A DNA stretch of 45,266 nucleotides. Source: Candidatus Levyibacteriota bacterium. Its GTDB lineage: Bacteria > Patescibacteriota > Microgenomatia > Levybacterales > UBA12049. A model generated the notes under the pieces. It saw only the letters and a list, made by a program, of their open reading frames with translations. It had not been told where the DNA came from and made no database searches. The DNA lies in contig JBDRBE010000001.1 of the NCBI GenBank assembly GCA_043823085.1, positions 1 through 45,266 of the forward strand. The letters are read 5' to 3'. The position numbers and the translations under genes were made by a program. Shown here piece after piece: positions 17,261 through 27,128 of this stretch; the stretch's first letter is position 1, and every line of letters begins with the position of its first letter.

Positions 17261-19087
17261 ATGAAAAAATGGGAAACACTAAATAAACTGCATATAGCAA
17301 ATAACAAATGGCAAATAAATAAATTAATTAGGATTTTACTCGAAAATCGAGGGATAAAGACAAAAAAAGAGATTGAGGAATTTTTAAATCCAAAACTTGA
17401 GAATGTAACTCCCCAAAACGTTGGTATTGATAAAAAAGAGCTACAAAAAACCGTTGAACGAATTAAAAAGGCAATAAAACAAAAAGAAAAAATTGTTGTT
17501 TTTGGCGATTATGACGTGGACGGAATTTGCGGTACAGCTATTCTCTGGGAAACACTTCATAATCTTGGAGCCGATGTTATGCCATACATCCCCCATCGAA
17601 TCGATCAAGGCTACGGTCTTTCAGAAAAAGGAATAGAGTATGTCATCCTGAATTTATTTCAGGATCCCGGTTCACTCGAGATTCCGAAACAAGTCGAAGA
17701 TACCCCGAAGGGCATTCGGAATAACAAGATTAAATTAATTATTACAACTGATAACGGAATCGTAGCAAATACTGCAGTTGATTTTGCCAGAGAACAAGGG
17801 ATCGACGTAATTATCACCGATCATCATATTCCGCCAACTGGCGGAGCAAAAAAATTGCCAAAAGCCTTGGCTATTGTTCACACAACCAGTCTTTGTGGCG
17901 CAGGAGTGACATGGGTCTTAACCCAGGAAATTCGAAATTCGAAATTCGAAATTCGAAATAAATCAAAAATCAAAAATAGTGAAATTAACAACCATCTTGA
18001 GCTAGTAACGTTGGGTACTGTCGCAGATCTTGTTCCTCTTTTGGGATTTAATCGAACATTGGTCAAATTTGGCCTTGAGGAACTTAAGAAAACAAAAAGA
18101 GTTGGACTTTTGGAATTATTTAAAGAGGCAAGACTAAATACGCAAGATATTAACGTCTATGAAATCGGCCATATTATTGCACCGCGCCTTAATGCCATGG
18201 GACGACTAGAATATGCGATGGATTCTCTTAGACTTTTATGCACAAATGACAAACAAAGGGCAAAATTATTGGCAGAAAAACTTGGGGCTACAAATCGCCA
18301 GAGGCAGGAATTAACCGAAGCAACAAAAGCACACGCGAGCGCACGAATTAGAAATTCTAAATTAGAGATTAGAAATTTATTGTTTCTCTCTCATGAAACT
18401 TATCAGCAAGGAGTTATTGGACTTGTGGCAGGAAAATTGGTTGAAGAATTTTATCGCCCGGCAATCGTTGTTTCGGTAGGTGACATTTATTCCAAAGCCT
18501 CGGCAAGATCAATTAGAGGATTTAATATTATTGAATTTATTAGAAGCGCTTCAGAATTTTTAATTGATTCGGGCGGCCACCCCATGGCTGCAGGATTTAC
18601 TGTAGAGACAAAAAGGCTCTCTGAACTTGAAAAAACATTCGAAAAACTGGCAGAAAAATTAATCAATAAGGAACTTCTAACTCGAAGTTTAAAAATTGAT
18701 TGTCAGCTTCCGCTTTCAAGAATTGATTTATCTTTGTATAATGAACTCCAAAAACTCGCTCCTTTTGGCATGGGAAATCCGGAACCAACTTTCATGACAG
18801 AAAATGCAGTAGTTAAAGATGTTAGAATTGTTGGCAGAGACGGAAAACACCTGAAACTTCGGCTTCAACAATCAACAAACAATAATCAACAAACAACAAG
18901 CCTTGAAGCAATCGCTTTTGGAATGGGGGAAACAAAATTAAAGGCCGGCGATTCTATCTCTATCGCCTACACAATCGACGAAAATGAATGGCCTGCCCGC
19001 AATGCAAGCTCAAGCGTTGCAGGCGGGAATGGAAGTAAAAGTCTGCAGTTAAAAATAAAGGATATTAAACGAGATCGCTCACTCTAA
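17261..19087 (+). CDS. recJ: ssDNA exonuclease RecJ carrying multiple in-frame micro-insertions
   Basis: GDYDVDG, TDHH, GTVAD, PRLNA.GR, SARS, GGHPMAAG and PFGMGNPEP motifs. Confidence 0.95.
   Translation: MKKWETLNKLHIANNKWQINKLIRILLENRGIKTKKEIEEFLNPKLENVTPQNVGIDKKELQKTVERIKKAIKQKEKIVVFGDYDVDGICGTAILWETLHNLGADVMPYIPHRIDQGYGLSEKGIEYVILNLFQDPGSLEIPKQVEDTPKGIRNNKIKLIITTDNGIVANTAVDFAREQGIDVIITDHHIPPTGGAKKLPKALAIVHTTSLCGAGVTWVLTQEIRNSKFEIRNKSKIKNSEINNHLELVTLGTVADLVPLLGFNRTLVKFGLEELKKTKRVGLLELFKEARLNTQDINVYEIGHIIAPRLNAMGRLEYAMDSLRLLCTNDKQRAKLLAEKLGATNRQRQELTEATKAHASARIRNSKLEIRNLLFLSHETYQQGVIGLVAGKLVEEFYRPAIVVSVGDIYSKASARSIRGFNIIEFIRSASEFLIDSGGHPMAAGFTVETKRLSELEKTFEKLAEKLINKELLTRSLKIDCQLPLSRIDLSLYNELQKLAPFGMGNPEPTFMTENAVVKDVRIVGRDGKHLKLRLQQSTNNNQQTTSLEAIAFGMGETKLKAGDSISIAYTIDENEWPARNASSSVAGGNGSKSLQLKIKDIKRDRSL
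17641..17726. repeat. TGTCAT-family palindromic element translated inside recJ
   Basis: TGTCATCCTGAATTTATTTCAGGATC...GAGATTCCGAAACAAGT...TTCGGAATAACA; encodes VILNLFQDPGSLEIPKQVEDTPKGIRNN. Confidence 0.88.
18992..19027 (+). repeat. 36-nt CCTGCCCGC...GGCGGG element in frame inside recJ
   Basis: Encodes PARNASSSVAGG; sister copy of the same length at 45047-45082. Confidence 0.88.
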
Positions 19088-19491
19088 AAAATTAAATGGT
19101 TAAATTTTCCGCTGTGACGCCCTGGCCCCTTTCTCCCTCCTGGCGCTTTGGTTTTGTGCAAGACATTATCACGGTTGCTCCACGGTTCTCCCAGTGCTCT
19201 CTCTCTAAGAATCTCTTGACTAGTTTGAGTAGTAACCACTGAAGTTAACTGCTTACGACTGGTGTCGGGTTTATGACCATAAACGCGAACCGGAACGTGT
19301 GGTATTTCTCCAATAATTGCCATATGTTCACTTGATACCCTCTCACCATCCCCTGCAGGCCGCCACGGCCCCAAAAAAGCATCTGATGGAATAATTTTTT
19401 CTACCATAAAAAACAAAAATCTCCTTCTAGGAGATTGATAATGCCAAAAATCTCCTTCATCCGCAAAGGATGAAGTAAGGCTTTCTGGCAT
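19084..19491 (-). CDS. Hypothetical protein (start uncertain)
   Basis: ORF fills the gap between recJ and aspS; no motif recognised. Confidence 0.4.
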   Translation of the reverse strand: MPESLTSSFADEGDFWHYQSPRRRFLFFMVEKIIPSDAFLGPWRPAGDGERVSSEHMAIIGEIPHVPVRVYGHKPDTSRKQLTSVVTTQTSQEILRERALGEPWSNRDNVLHKTKAPGGRKGPGRHSGKFNHLIF

Positions 19492-19577
19492 CAAATAAAG
19501 ATAAACTCATAATCTATCTTTTGAGCCTACAATAAAAATTAAATCTTGTCAAGTGAGATAAATAAATGTATCATGAA

Positions 19578-19630
19578 ATAGCTAATAGCGTATGGCAGAT
19601 AGCGAATAGCTTATGGCTAATGGCATATAG
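19578..19630 (+). repeat. Degenerate heptamer array (ATRGCNN)x7 upstream of aspS
   Basis: ATAGCTA ATAGCGT ATGGCAG ATAGCGA ATAGCTT ATGGCTA ATGGCAT ATAG. Confidence 0.85.
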
Positions 19631-19638
19631 TAGAACCT

Positions 19639-20979
19639 ATGAAAAGGACGCTTAATAAAGAAACAATTGAATTAATTGGCAGTGAAATTTTTCTCGAAGG
19701 TTGGGTTAAAACAAGGAGAGATCACGGAAAATTGATTTTTCTTGACATTTGGGACAGAAGCGGTTTAATACAAGTTGTTATTAACCCCAAGGTTTCGCAA
19801 GATGCTCACAAGATTGCAAATGAAATTAGACCGGAATTTGTAGTCAGCATAAAAGGCAAAGTTAACAAAAGACCGGAAAATTCAGTCAACAAGAATCTTT
19901 TGACAGGAGAAATTGAAATTGAAGCAAACGAGGTCGAAATCATTTCCAAAGCCGAAACTCTTCCTTTTGACATGGGACAAAAAGAATTAAATTTAGAACT
20001 TCCAACACTTTTGGATCATCGTTGTCTAACCTTACGCCACCCAAGAATCAGAGATGTTTTTAAAGTACAGGCCGCCCTTATTGACGGTTTTCGAAAAGCC
20101 GCAGAAAAAATCGATTGCACCGAAATTGTTGTTCCGACAATTGTCGCAAGTTCAACAGAAGGAGGAACTGAACTTTTTCCAATAAAGTATTACGAACACA
20201 AAGCATTTCTCTCCCAAAGCCCGCAGCTTTATAAACAAATGATGGTACCAATTTTTGAAAGAGTTTATACAATTGCCCATGCATACAGAGCAGAACCGTC
20301 TGTCACTACTTATCACCTTTGTGAAACCACGCAAATGGACTGCGAACTGGGATTTGTTGATTTTGAAAAGCTTCTGGATTTTTTTGAAAATGTTGCCAAA
20401 GAGATGCTAGAGCATGTCCAAAAGCAATGCAAAAATATTTTAGATGAATATGAAATAGAAAAAATTGCTTTTGGCAAAATTCCAAGACTTACTTTAAGAG
20501 AAGCTCAAGAAATAATATTTAAGGAATTTGGAAGAGATCAAAGAAAAGAAAAAGATCTTACACGCCAGGATGAAGTTGATATTTGTAACTGGGCAAAAGA
20601 AAAACACAACAGCGATCTTGTCACAATAACTCATTTCCCAACCCTTGCAAAACCTTTTTACTCCATGCCGGACCCAAAAGACCCTGAACATACTTTAAGT
20701 TATGACTTACTTTTTCACGGAGTTGAAATCATGAGCGGAAGCCAAAGAATAAACGACTATGAACAATTATACAATAATATAAAGATACGAGGAATGAATC
20801 CAAAAAGTTTTGAGATGTACCTTTCTGCTTTTAAATACGGCATGCCAAAAGAAGGAGGATTTTCTTTTGGGTTGGAAAGAATTACAATGAAACTTTTGAA
20901 TTTGGCAAATATTCGGGAGGCCTCGCTTTTCCCAAGAGACATGGAAAGAGTTGATGAAAGACTTTCTGTTAAAGATTAA
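19639..20979 (+). CDS. aspS: Aspartyl-tRNA synthetase, short (no GAD insert), probably non-discriminating
   Basis: RDHGKLIF OB-fold, QSPQLYKQ, YRAE, SGSQRI and GFSFGLER...FPRD motifs; 446 aa. Confidence 0.9.
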   Translation: MKRTLNKETIELIGSEIFLEGWVKTRRDHGKLIFLDIWDRSGLIQVVINPKVSQDAHKIANEIRPEFVVSIKGKVNKRPENSVNKNLLTGEIEIEANEVEIISKAETLPFDMGQKELNLELPTLLDHRCLTLRHPRIRDVFKVQAALIDGFRKAAEKIDCTEIVVPTIVASSTEGGTELFPIKYYEHKAFLSQSPQLYKQMMVPIFERVYTIAHAYRAEPSVTTYHLCETTQMDCELGFVDFEKLLDFFENVAKEMLEHVQKQCKNILDEYEIEKIAFGKIPRLTLREAQEIIFKEFGRDQRKEKDLTRQDEVDICNWAKEKHNSDLVTITHFPTLAKPFYSMPDPKDPEHTLSYDLLFHGVEIMSGSQRINDYEQLYNNIKIRGMNPKSFEMYLSAFKYGMPKEGGFSFGLERITMKLLNLANIREASLFPRDMERVDERLSVKD

Positions 20980-21892
20980 AAAACAAAACCTTCTTTTTTT
21001 TATCCCAATTTTTCTTTTGGTTTTGTTATTGGCATTATATCTTGTTGATAACGATCTTAAAAGACAAATAAATTCCAAAAAAATTAATATTCCTCCTTTT
21101 TCTGTAAATAGCTCCAGTTTTCCTGTCTTAACTTCCGCAAGCGAATCGTCAAAACTCAATATTTCGGCAAAGGCTTACGTAATTTTGGACAACGATTCAA
21201 AAGTTATACTTTCGTCTAAAAATCCCAATCTTCGTTTTTCAATGGCTTCGACGACAAAAATCATGACTGCTCTAACCGCTCTTAACTTTTATAAAATGAG
21301 TGATATTCTGACAATTAAGACAAACGATGTTGAAGGCGAAGTTCTAGAACTCAAAAAAGATGACCGATTTCTCTTCGAAGAGCTTTTGTATGCCATGCTT
21401 CTTCCCTCTGCTAATGACGCTGCTTTGGCCATTGCTCAAAATTACCCCGGAGGCGAAAAGGCATTTGTTGAAAAAATGAATGAAAATGCTAAAAACTTTC
21501 ATCTGTCAAATACTCATTTTGCCGATCCTGCTGGCTTGGAAGACGACGAGGACTACACAACAGTAATTGAATTGGCAAGACTTTCATCAATTGCCTTAAA
21601 GAATAAAGAATTTGCAAAAATCGTCTCAACAAAACATAAATCAATAAGCAATATCGATAAAACTAAAAGTTATCCTCTTGATAATCTAAATATTTTATTA
21701 GGAAAAGACGGAGTAAATGGAATAAAGACTGGCTTCACTCAAGAAGCTGGCGGTGTTTTAGTAACATCAAAGATTAAAGATGGGCATAATTTAATCATAG
21801 TGGTGATGAAAAGCCAGGACAGATTTTTTGACACCCAAGAGCTTTTATCCCTTATTGACGGAAATCTTAAGTTTTTAAATTTTAATTATTGA
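20954..21892 (+). CDS. D-alanyl-D-alanine carboxypeptidase (peptidase S11)
   Basis: ASTTK (SxxK), SAN (SxN) and KTG motifs; N-terminal TM. Confidence 0.92.
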   Translation: MKDFLLKIKKQNLLFFIPIFLLVLLLALYLVDNDLKRQINSKKINIPPFSVNSSSFPVLTSASESSKLNISAKAYVILDNDSKVILSSKNPNLRFSMASTTKIMTALTALNFYKMSDILTIKTNDVEGEVLELKKDDRFLFEELLYAMLLPSANDAALAIAQNYPGGEKAFVEKMNENAKNFHLSNTHFADPAGLEDDEDYTTVIELARLSSIALKNKEFAKIVSTKHKSISNIDKTKSYPLDNLNILLGKDGVNGIKTGFTQEAGGVLVTSKIKDGHNLIIVVMKSQDRFFDTQELLSLIDGNLKFLNFNY

Positions 21893-22923
21893 TTAGAGAT
21901 CCAAACGTCTCCAACTGCCGAAAGGTAAGCCGTAAAACCATTGTCTCCCGTAAAAACAATAATTGGCATCAAATAATTTTGCAATTCGTTATTGGAATAA
22001 TAACCCAGAAAAATATTATTAATTAAGATCTCATTCCCGTTACCAAAATAGCTAGCTATATATGCTTTTCCATCCTTAAGCTCCAGGAATGCATCATCTG
22101 CGGTTTTTATCGGATAGGTAGCATAAGTTTCACTAACATCCTGATGAAAAAAATTAACTGCAACAACATTCTCCTCGTTGATTCCTGAACCGACAAATAC
22201 ACTTATTATCGACTGCATTGGATTGGGATATATAATCGGTAAACTATTAATGTCTTTTTGGAAAAAATCAACTCTGATTATTTTTGCTGTTGAAAAACTG
22301 GATGCCGCAATAAGTTTTGAATTGTCTATCGAAAGGAAAGTTGTTTTTGTTTTGGAAATATCAATGTCTTTCGGAAAAGACGAAACACTGTCTAAAAAAG
22401 ATGTTGCTTTAGTAATTGCTTTATCATTGCTCGGAAGATTTTTAGCTTGTAAAACTGTTTGATCATAAAGAAAATTAGATGAAAAATCAAAATTATTTGA
22501 AACGATATCTAAAACAAGATTTTCACCTTTATTATTCTCCCATTTATATAAGGTGTTTGACAAAGCAATTCCTTGCGAAATAAAACCAATTTTAGAAATT
22601 CGCTCTTGAGCATTTTTTAAAGAAAGCAAACTTGACACAGAAGGAATTGTTTTATAAATATTAATTAAGTAAGGAAAATCCGGCAGTTTTCCGGAAACTG
22701 TATCAAGAGAATAAGTAAATTTTTTATTGGTAGTATTCTGCGGAAAAGAAATTTTTGGCAGCTTGCCAAACTCAACAGTTGGAGCCGTAGGGAAAAAATA
22801 TTCTTTAATATCTCCGCCTACTGCTTTAAAAATAATTAAAAAAATAAAAAATACGAAGAGTAAAATTGTCCCCCATTTTATAATTGTTTTTGCTTCTTCC
22901 GTAAGACTATGAAGGCTTGCCAT
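21886..22923 (-). CDS. Hypothetical membrane-anchored extracytoplasmic protein
   Basis: Long ORF, single N-terminal TM; probable ATG 22923. Confidence 0.75.
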   Translation of the reverse strand: MASLHSLTEEAKTIIKWGTILLFVFFIFLIIFKAVGGDIKEYFFPTAPTVEFGKLPKISFPQNTTNKKFTYSLDTVSGKLPDFPYLINIYKTIPSVSSLLSLKNAQERISKIGFISQGIALSNTLYKWENNKGENLVLDIVSNNFDFSSNFLYDQTVLQAKNLPSNDKAITKATSFLDSVSSFPKDIDISKTKTTFLSIDNSKLIAASSFSTAKIIRVDFFQKDINSLPIIYPNPMQSIISVFVGSGINEENVVAVNFFHQDVSETYATYPIKTADDAFLELKDGKAYIASYFGNGNEILINNIFLGYYSNNELQNYLMPIIVFTGDNGFTAYLSAVGDVWISNQ

Positions 22924-22961
22924 GTCTTGAGTATAAAAGAAGATTAAGGTACAATGCAAGT

Positions 22962-24215
22962 ATGCTTCGACAAAACTCAGCACAAGTTATTAGAGTTAGA
23001 ATCGCTCCAAGTCCGACAGGAATTCCGCACATTGGAAATACACGAACAGCGCTTTTTAATTATCTTTTTGCCAAACACAATAACGGGAAATTTATTCTGC
23101 GTATCGAAGATACCGATCGAGCAAGGTATGTTGCAAAGAGCGAAGAAGCAATTTATGAAATTTTTAACTGGCTTTGTTTAGAATTTGATGAAAAGTATAT
23201 TCAATCGGAAAGGTTTGAAATTTATAAAAAACACGCAGATGAACTTTTGAAGAATGGCTCTGCCTACAAAGAAGCAGGAGCGATATGGTTTAAGGTTCCA
23301 AAAGAAAAAAAAGTTTCATGGAAAGATGCGATTGGAGAAAAAGAAATAAAATTTGATACGAATACTATCGCTGATTTTGTAATTTTAAAATCCGATGGAT
23401 TTCCAACTTATCATCTAGCAAGTGTTGTTGACGATTGCTTAATGAAAATTTCTCATATTATAAGAGGCGATGAATGGATTTCATCAACTCCAAAACATCT
23501 ATTGCTTTATCAGGCTTTTGGTTGGCAATCACCATTCTTTGCCCATTTACCTGTAATTTTAGGACCGGATAAAACAAAACTCTCTAAACGTCATGGAGCA
23601 AAATCTGTTCTCGATTATAGAAATGACGGATATCTAAAAGAAGCTCTCCTTAACTTTATGGCTCTTCTTGGATGGAATCCGGGCGGCGAAAAAGAAATCA
23701 TGTCGCTTGAAGAAATGATAAATATTTTTGATCTAAAAGACGTTAATTTATCAGGGCCGATTTTTGATATTAAAAAATTGGAATGGATGAATGGGGTTTA
23801 TATTCGTAAATCTCAAGTCTCAAATCTCAAATCTCAAATTTTAGAAAGACTGAAAATAAAAGATATCGATGAGCCATTAGTTGAAAAATTAATTCCTCTT
23901 ACTCAAACACGGATGAACACTTTAAACGATTTTTGTCTATTAACAAAACATTTTTTTGAAGAACCAAAAATAAAACTCGACCAAAAAGAAAAAGAAATTG
24001 CAAAAAAAATAGCGGAAAGTTTTTCAGCGATCGAGCAATGGAATAATGAAAATATCCTATCGGTCTTAAAAAAAATAATGAATTCGGAGAATATCAAAAT
24101 GCCAATAATTTATAAAATTCTAACCGGCGAAAAAAGCGGCCTTCCGCTTCCACAAAGTTTGGAGATTTTGGGTAAAGAAAAAACAATTAAAAGACTTAAA
24201 AAATTAATTCCATGA
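22962..24215 (+). CDS. gltX: Glutamyl-tRNA synthetase (compact)
   Basis: RIAPSPTG.PHIGN, LRIEDTD, RGDEW and KLSKR motifs. Confidence 0.95.
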   Translation: MLRQNSAQVIRVRIAPSPTGIPHIGNTRTALFNYLFAKHNNGKFILRIEDTDRARYVAKSEEAIYEIFNWLCLEFDEKYIQSERFEIYKKHADELLKNGSAYKEAGAIWFKVPKEKKVSWKDAIGEKEIKFDTNTIADFVILKSDGFPTYHLASVVDDCLMKISHIIRGDEWISSTPKHLLLYQAFGWQSPFFAHLPVILGPDKTKLSKRHGAKSVLDYRNDGYLKEALLNFMALLGWNPGGEKEIMSLEEMINIFDLKDVNLSGPIFDIKKLEWMNGVYIRKSQVSNLKSQILERLKIKDIDEPLVEKLIPLTQTRMNTLNDFCLLTKHFFEEPKIKLDQKEKEIAKKIAESFSAIEQWNNENILSVLKKIMNSENIKMPIIYKILTGEKSGLPLPQSLEILGKEKTIKRLKKLIP

Positions 24216-24808
24216 TTCGATTTTTCGCGACTTTGTTATCTTACATTTTTCATCCGGTAATTTTTGTTTTATTAATGCCCTATTTTTTAATCTATAGACA
24301 AACAACAAATGTTCTTTATGCTTTAAAGTGGGAAATATTTTCATCAATCTTCATATTTTTAGGATTAGCGCTTGTATTCTTAGGAAAACGAAAAGGAATT
24401 TTTTCTGATTTCGATCTTTCAAAAAGAGAAGAAAGGTGGAAATTTTTTGCCATAATTTTGGCTCCCATAACTTTATATCTCCTAGCATCGATATTCATTA
24501 AAGGTTTATTTTTTTCTACCACAATCATAAGTCTTGGAGTAATTCTGACTTTATTATTATTTGCCCTTGCCAATAAATTTGTAAAACCAAGCATCCACAC
24601 ATGCGTTGCCTGTGCTTATGTTATAAGTGTTTCTATCCTCTATGGGCCAATTGCTTTTTTTATTACTTTTTGGATGATACCTGTTGTTATTTGGTCAAGA
24701 TTACATTTGAAAAAACACACTGTCAATGAATTGTTTATTGGGGGGACTATAGGAACACTAATCACTCTCTTGACATTTATCGTTGGAAAATACATGATAT
24801 TAAAATAA
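24212..24808 (+). CDS. PAP2-like membrane protein
   Basis: Multiple TM segments; KPSIH and SRL.LKKHT motifs. Confidence 0.65.
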   Translation: MIRFFATLLSYIFHPVIFVLLMPYFLIYRQTTNVLYALKWEIFSSIFIFLGLALVFLGKRKGIFSDFDLSKREERWKFFAIILAPITLYLLASIFIKGLFFSTTIISLGVILTLLLFALANKFVKPSIHTCVACAYVISVSILYGPIAFFITFWMIPVVIWSRLHLKKHTVNELFIGGTIGTLITLLTFIVGKYMILK

Positions 24809-24811
24809 TCT

Positions 24812-25183
24812 ATGTTAGATTTACCAAAACTTATATCATCTTTTAAATATGCCTTCGAAGGAATTATTTATGCGTTAAAATTTAATCAAAATTTAAGAAT
24901 TCACTTTGTTGCTGCGGTTATCGTTATAATTGCGAGTATTTTCTTTAAAATAAATGCTTTTGAAAAAGGGATCTTGGGGATAGTAATCCTTTTGGTAATT
25001 TCTTCGGAAATGATAAATACCGCTATTGAAGAAATGGTTGATTTTGTGATTACCGAACATAAAAGAGAAGCAAAAATTGCCAAAGACGTTTCAGCCGGAA
25101 TGGTCTTGCTAGCTGCTATCGGGTCTATTATAGTCGGGGCTCTTATCTTTATCCCTTATGTTATAAATTATTTAAACAACTAA
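24812..25183 (+). CDS. dgkA: Diacylglycerol/undecaprenol kinase family
   Basis: SF.YA.EG, E.INTAIE..VD and AKD..AG motifs. Confidence 0.9.
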   Translation: MLDLPKLISSFKYAFEGIIYALKFNQNLRIHFVAAVIVIIASIFFKINAFEKGILGIVILLVISSEMINTAIEEMVDFVITEHKREAKIAKDVSAGMVLLAAIGSIIVGALIFIPYVINYLNN

Positions 25184-25458
25184 ACCTCGGGGTAAACTTG
25201 GCGGATTTCTTTCCCTTTTTCATCAACTTCTACAATTATTATTGCATTAACAGGACACGCTTTTGCTCCATTTAAAATATTTGCCTCACTATCATCTAGC
25301 TCTCCGTAGTCAACAAAATCTGAAGTCTTACTTCCGCCTTTTTTAAGAATTACTGCTTTACCCTCATTGTCTAATTCAAAAACTTTGGGGCTTACTGCAA
25401 TGCATGTTCCTGCTCCAATGCAAAGATTTCTATCAACTTTTACTTTTAAATTTGCCAC
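25180..25458 (-). CDS. Single-cluster ferredoxin (probably 3Fe-4S)
   Basis: CIGAGTC...CPVNAI; GTG start. Confidence 0.85.
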   Translation of the reverse strand: MANLKVKVDRNLCIGAGTCIAVSPKVFELDNEGKAVILKKGGSKTSDFVDYGELDDSEANILNGAKACPVNAIIIVEVDEKGKEIRQVYPEV

Positions 25459-25504
25459 TTCTTTTCAATCATATATTCTTACAAATATTTTGTCAACGAT
25501 TCAG

Positions 25505-25906
25505 TTATTTATAATTTTTAAAATAATTTTTAATTGCATTTTGCAGAGCGGTTGCAGCCAAACCTGAACAATGCATCTTAATTGGCGGCAATCCTTTTAA
25601 GGAATTTGCCACTTCCTGATTGGTTATTTTAGAAGCTTCTTCTAAAGATTTATTTTTAGCAAGTTCTGTCACCATAGAACTGGTTGCAATTGCAGCTGCG
25701 CATCCTAATGTTTCAAATTTGATATTGCCGATTATTTCTTGATTATTTTTATTTTTTTTTACTTTAATATAAATCCTCATTAAGTCACCGCAAACAGGAT
25801 TGCCTGCTATTCCTACACCGGAGGGTTTTTTAATCGTTCCTCTATTTCTAGGTTTCAAAAAATGATCCAGAACAAGTTTTGAATATGCTATTTTAGTTAA
25901 TTTCAT
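25505..25906 (-). CDS. iscU: Fe-S scaffold protein IscU/NifU-N
   Basis: GNPVCGD, GCAAAIA and LPP.KMHC motifs. Confidence 0.93.
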   Translation of the reverse strand: MKLTKIAYSKLVLDHFLKPRNRGTIKKPSGVGIAGNPVCGDLMRIYIKVKKNKNNQEIIGNIKFETLGCAAAIATSSMVTELAKNKSLEEASKITNQEVANSLKGLPPIKMHCSGLAATALQNAIKNYFKNYK

Positions 25907-27128
25907 TTTTTTTAAGATAATCCAAAAGTATACTGCCCGATAATTTTCTTAATTTACAAACTACTTGCTTTAATTTATTTATAGTAAATTCTATTTCTTT
26001 CTTGGTCGTATATCTGCCTAAAGCAATTCTTAATGAACTATGCGCCTCCTCCGGTTTTAAACCAAGAGAAAGAAGAACATGCGACGGTTTTAAAGATGAT
26101 GAGGAGCAAGCAGAACCTGTTGCAGTTGCAATTCCTTGCACGTCCAGCATTAAAACTAAACTCTCTCCTTCAATATTTTTAAATCTAAAATTGCAATTAT
26201 TTGGGCAGCGGTTAATTTTTGAACCATTCAAAGCACTGTCGGGTATTTCTTTTAAGACCCTCTCGATTAAATAATCTCGCAATTTTTTAATCCGCGCCGA
26301 CTCCTTCTCTTTGTTTGCAGAAACAATTTCAATTGCTTTTCCAAAACCAATAATACCCGAAACATTATGAGTTCCCGGCCGAAGACCATCTTCTTGCTCT
26401 CCTCCATAAAAAACTTGTTTTATAGGCGTACCATTTCTAATATATAATGCCCCCACTCCTTTTGGACCATAAACCTTATGCGAAGAAATCGAAAGCAAAT
26501 CAACTCCTAGTCTTGACGTATCTTGAGAAAAATAATTTACTGCCTGAGTTGCATCTGTATGGAATAATGGGTATTTGTCTTTTCTTATCTTTTTAATCAA
26601 ATCGCCTATTTGTTCGATTGGCAAAACCGTTCCTATTTCACTGTTAACGTACATTATCGAAACAAGAATTGTATTAGGTTTTTTAATTTTTTCCTTTACC
26701 TCGTTTAAATCGATTAGGCCATCTTTAGAAATCTTTAGATATGAAACTTCTGTCAAGTCCTCTTTTTCAAGTGTTTTACAAACATTAAGAACAGAATGAT
26801 GCTCAAATTGCGTTGTAACAATGTGAGGCTTTGGAGCATTATGACCAAATTTATAATAATAAAAATCAACAACGCCTTTAATGACAAGATTATTTGCTTC
26901 TGTTGCGCTACTTGTAAAAATTATTTCATCTTTTGAGGAATTTAAAAAATTTGCTATTGTTTGTCTTGCTTTTTCCATTACCTCCAATGCTTCTTGACCA
27001 AATGAATGGATAGACATGGGATTACCGAATTTCGATGAAAAATACGGCATCATCGCTTTTAACACCATTTTGTCAACTGGTGTAGTTGCAGCATAATCTA
27101 AATATATTCTCTTTTTTTTATTTCTCAT
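25893..27128 (-). CDS. iscS: Cysteine desulfurase IscS/NifS (class I)
   Basis: YLDYAATTP, HTDATQ, SSHK.YGPKG and GSACSS motifs. Confidence 0.95.
   Translation of the reverse strand: MRNKKKRIYLDYAATTPVDKMVLKAMMPYFSSKFGNPMSIHSFGQEALEVMEKARQTIANFLNSSKDEIIFTSSATEANNLVIKGVVDFYYYKFGHNAPKPHIVTTQFEHHSVLNVCKTLEKEDLTEVSYLKISKDGLIDLNEVKEKIKKPNTILVSIMYVNSEIGTVLPIEQIGDLIKKIRKDKYPLFHTDATQAVNYFSQDTSRLGVDLLSISSHKVYGPKGVGALYIRNGTPIKQVFYGGEQEDGLRPGTHNVSGIIGFGKAIEIVSANKEKESARIKKLRDYLIERVLKEIPDSALNGSKINRCPNNCNFRFKNIEGESLVLMLDVQGIATATGSACSSSSLKPSHVLLSLGLKPEEAHSSLRIALGRYTTKKEIEFTINKLKQVVCKLRKLSGSILLDYLKKNEIN

Noticed and set aside
17641-17726. Intein or self-splicing intron in recJ
   Set aside because: Far too short, no intein terminal residues or group I/II motifs, and homologous to intergenic repeats
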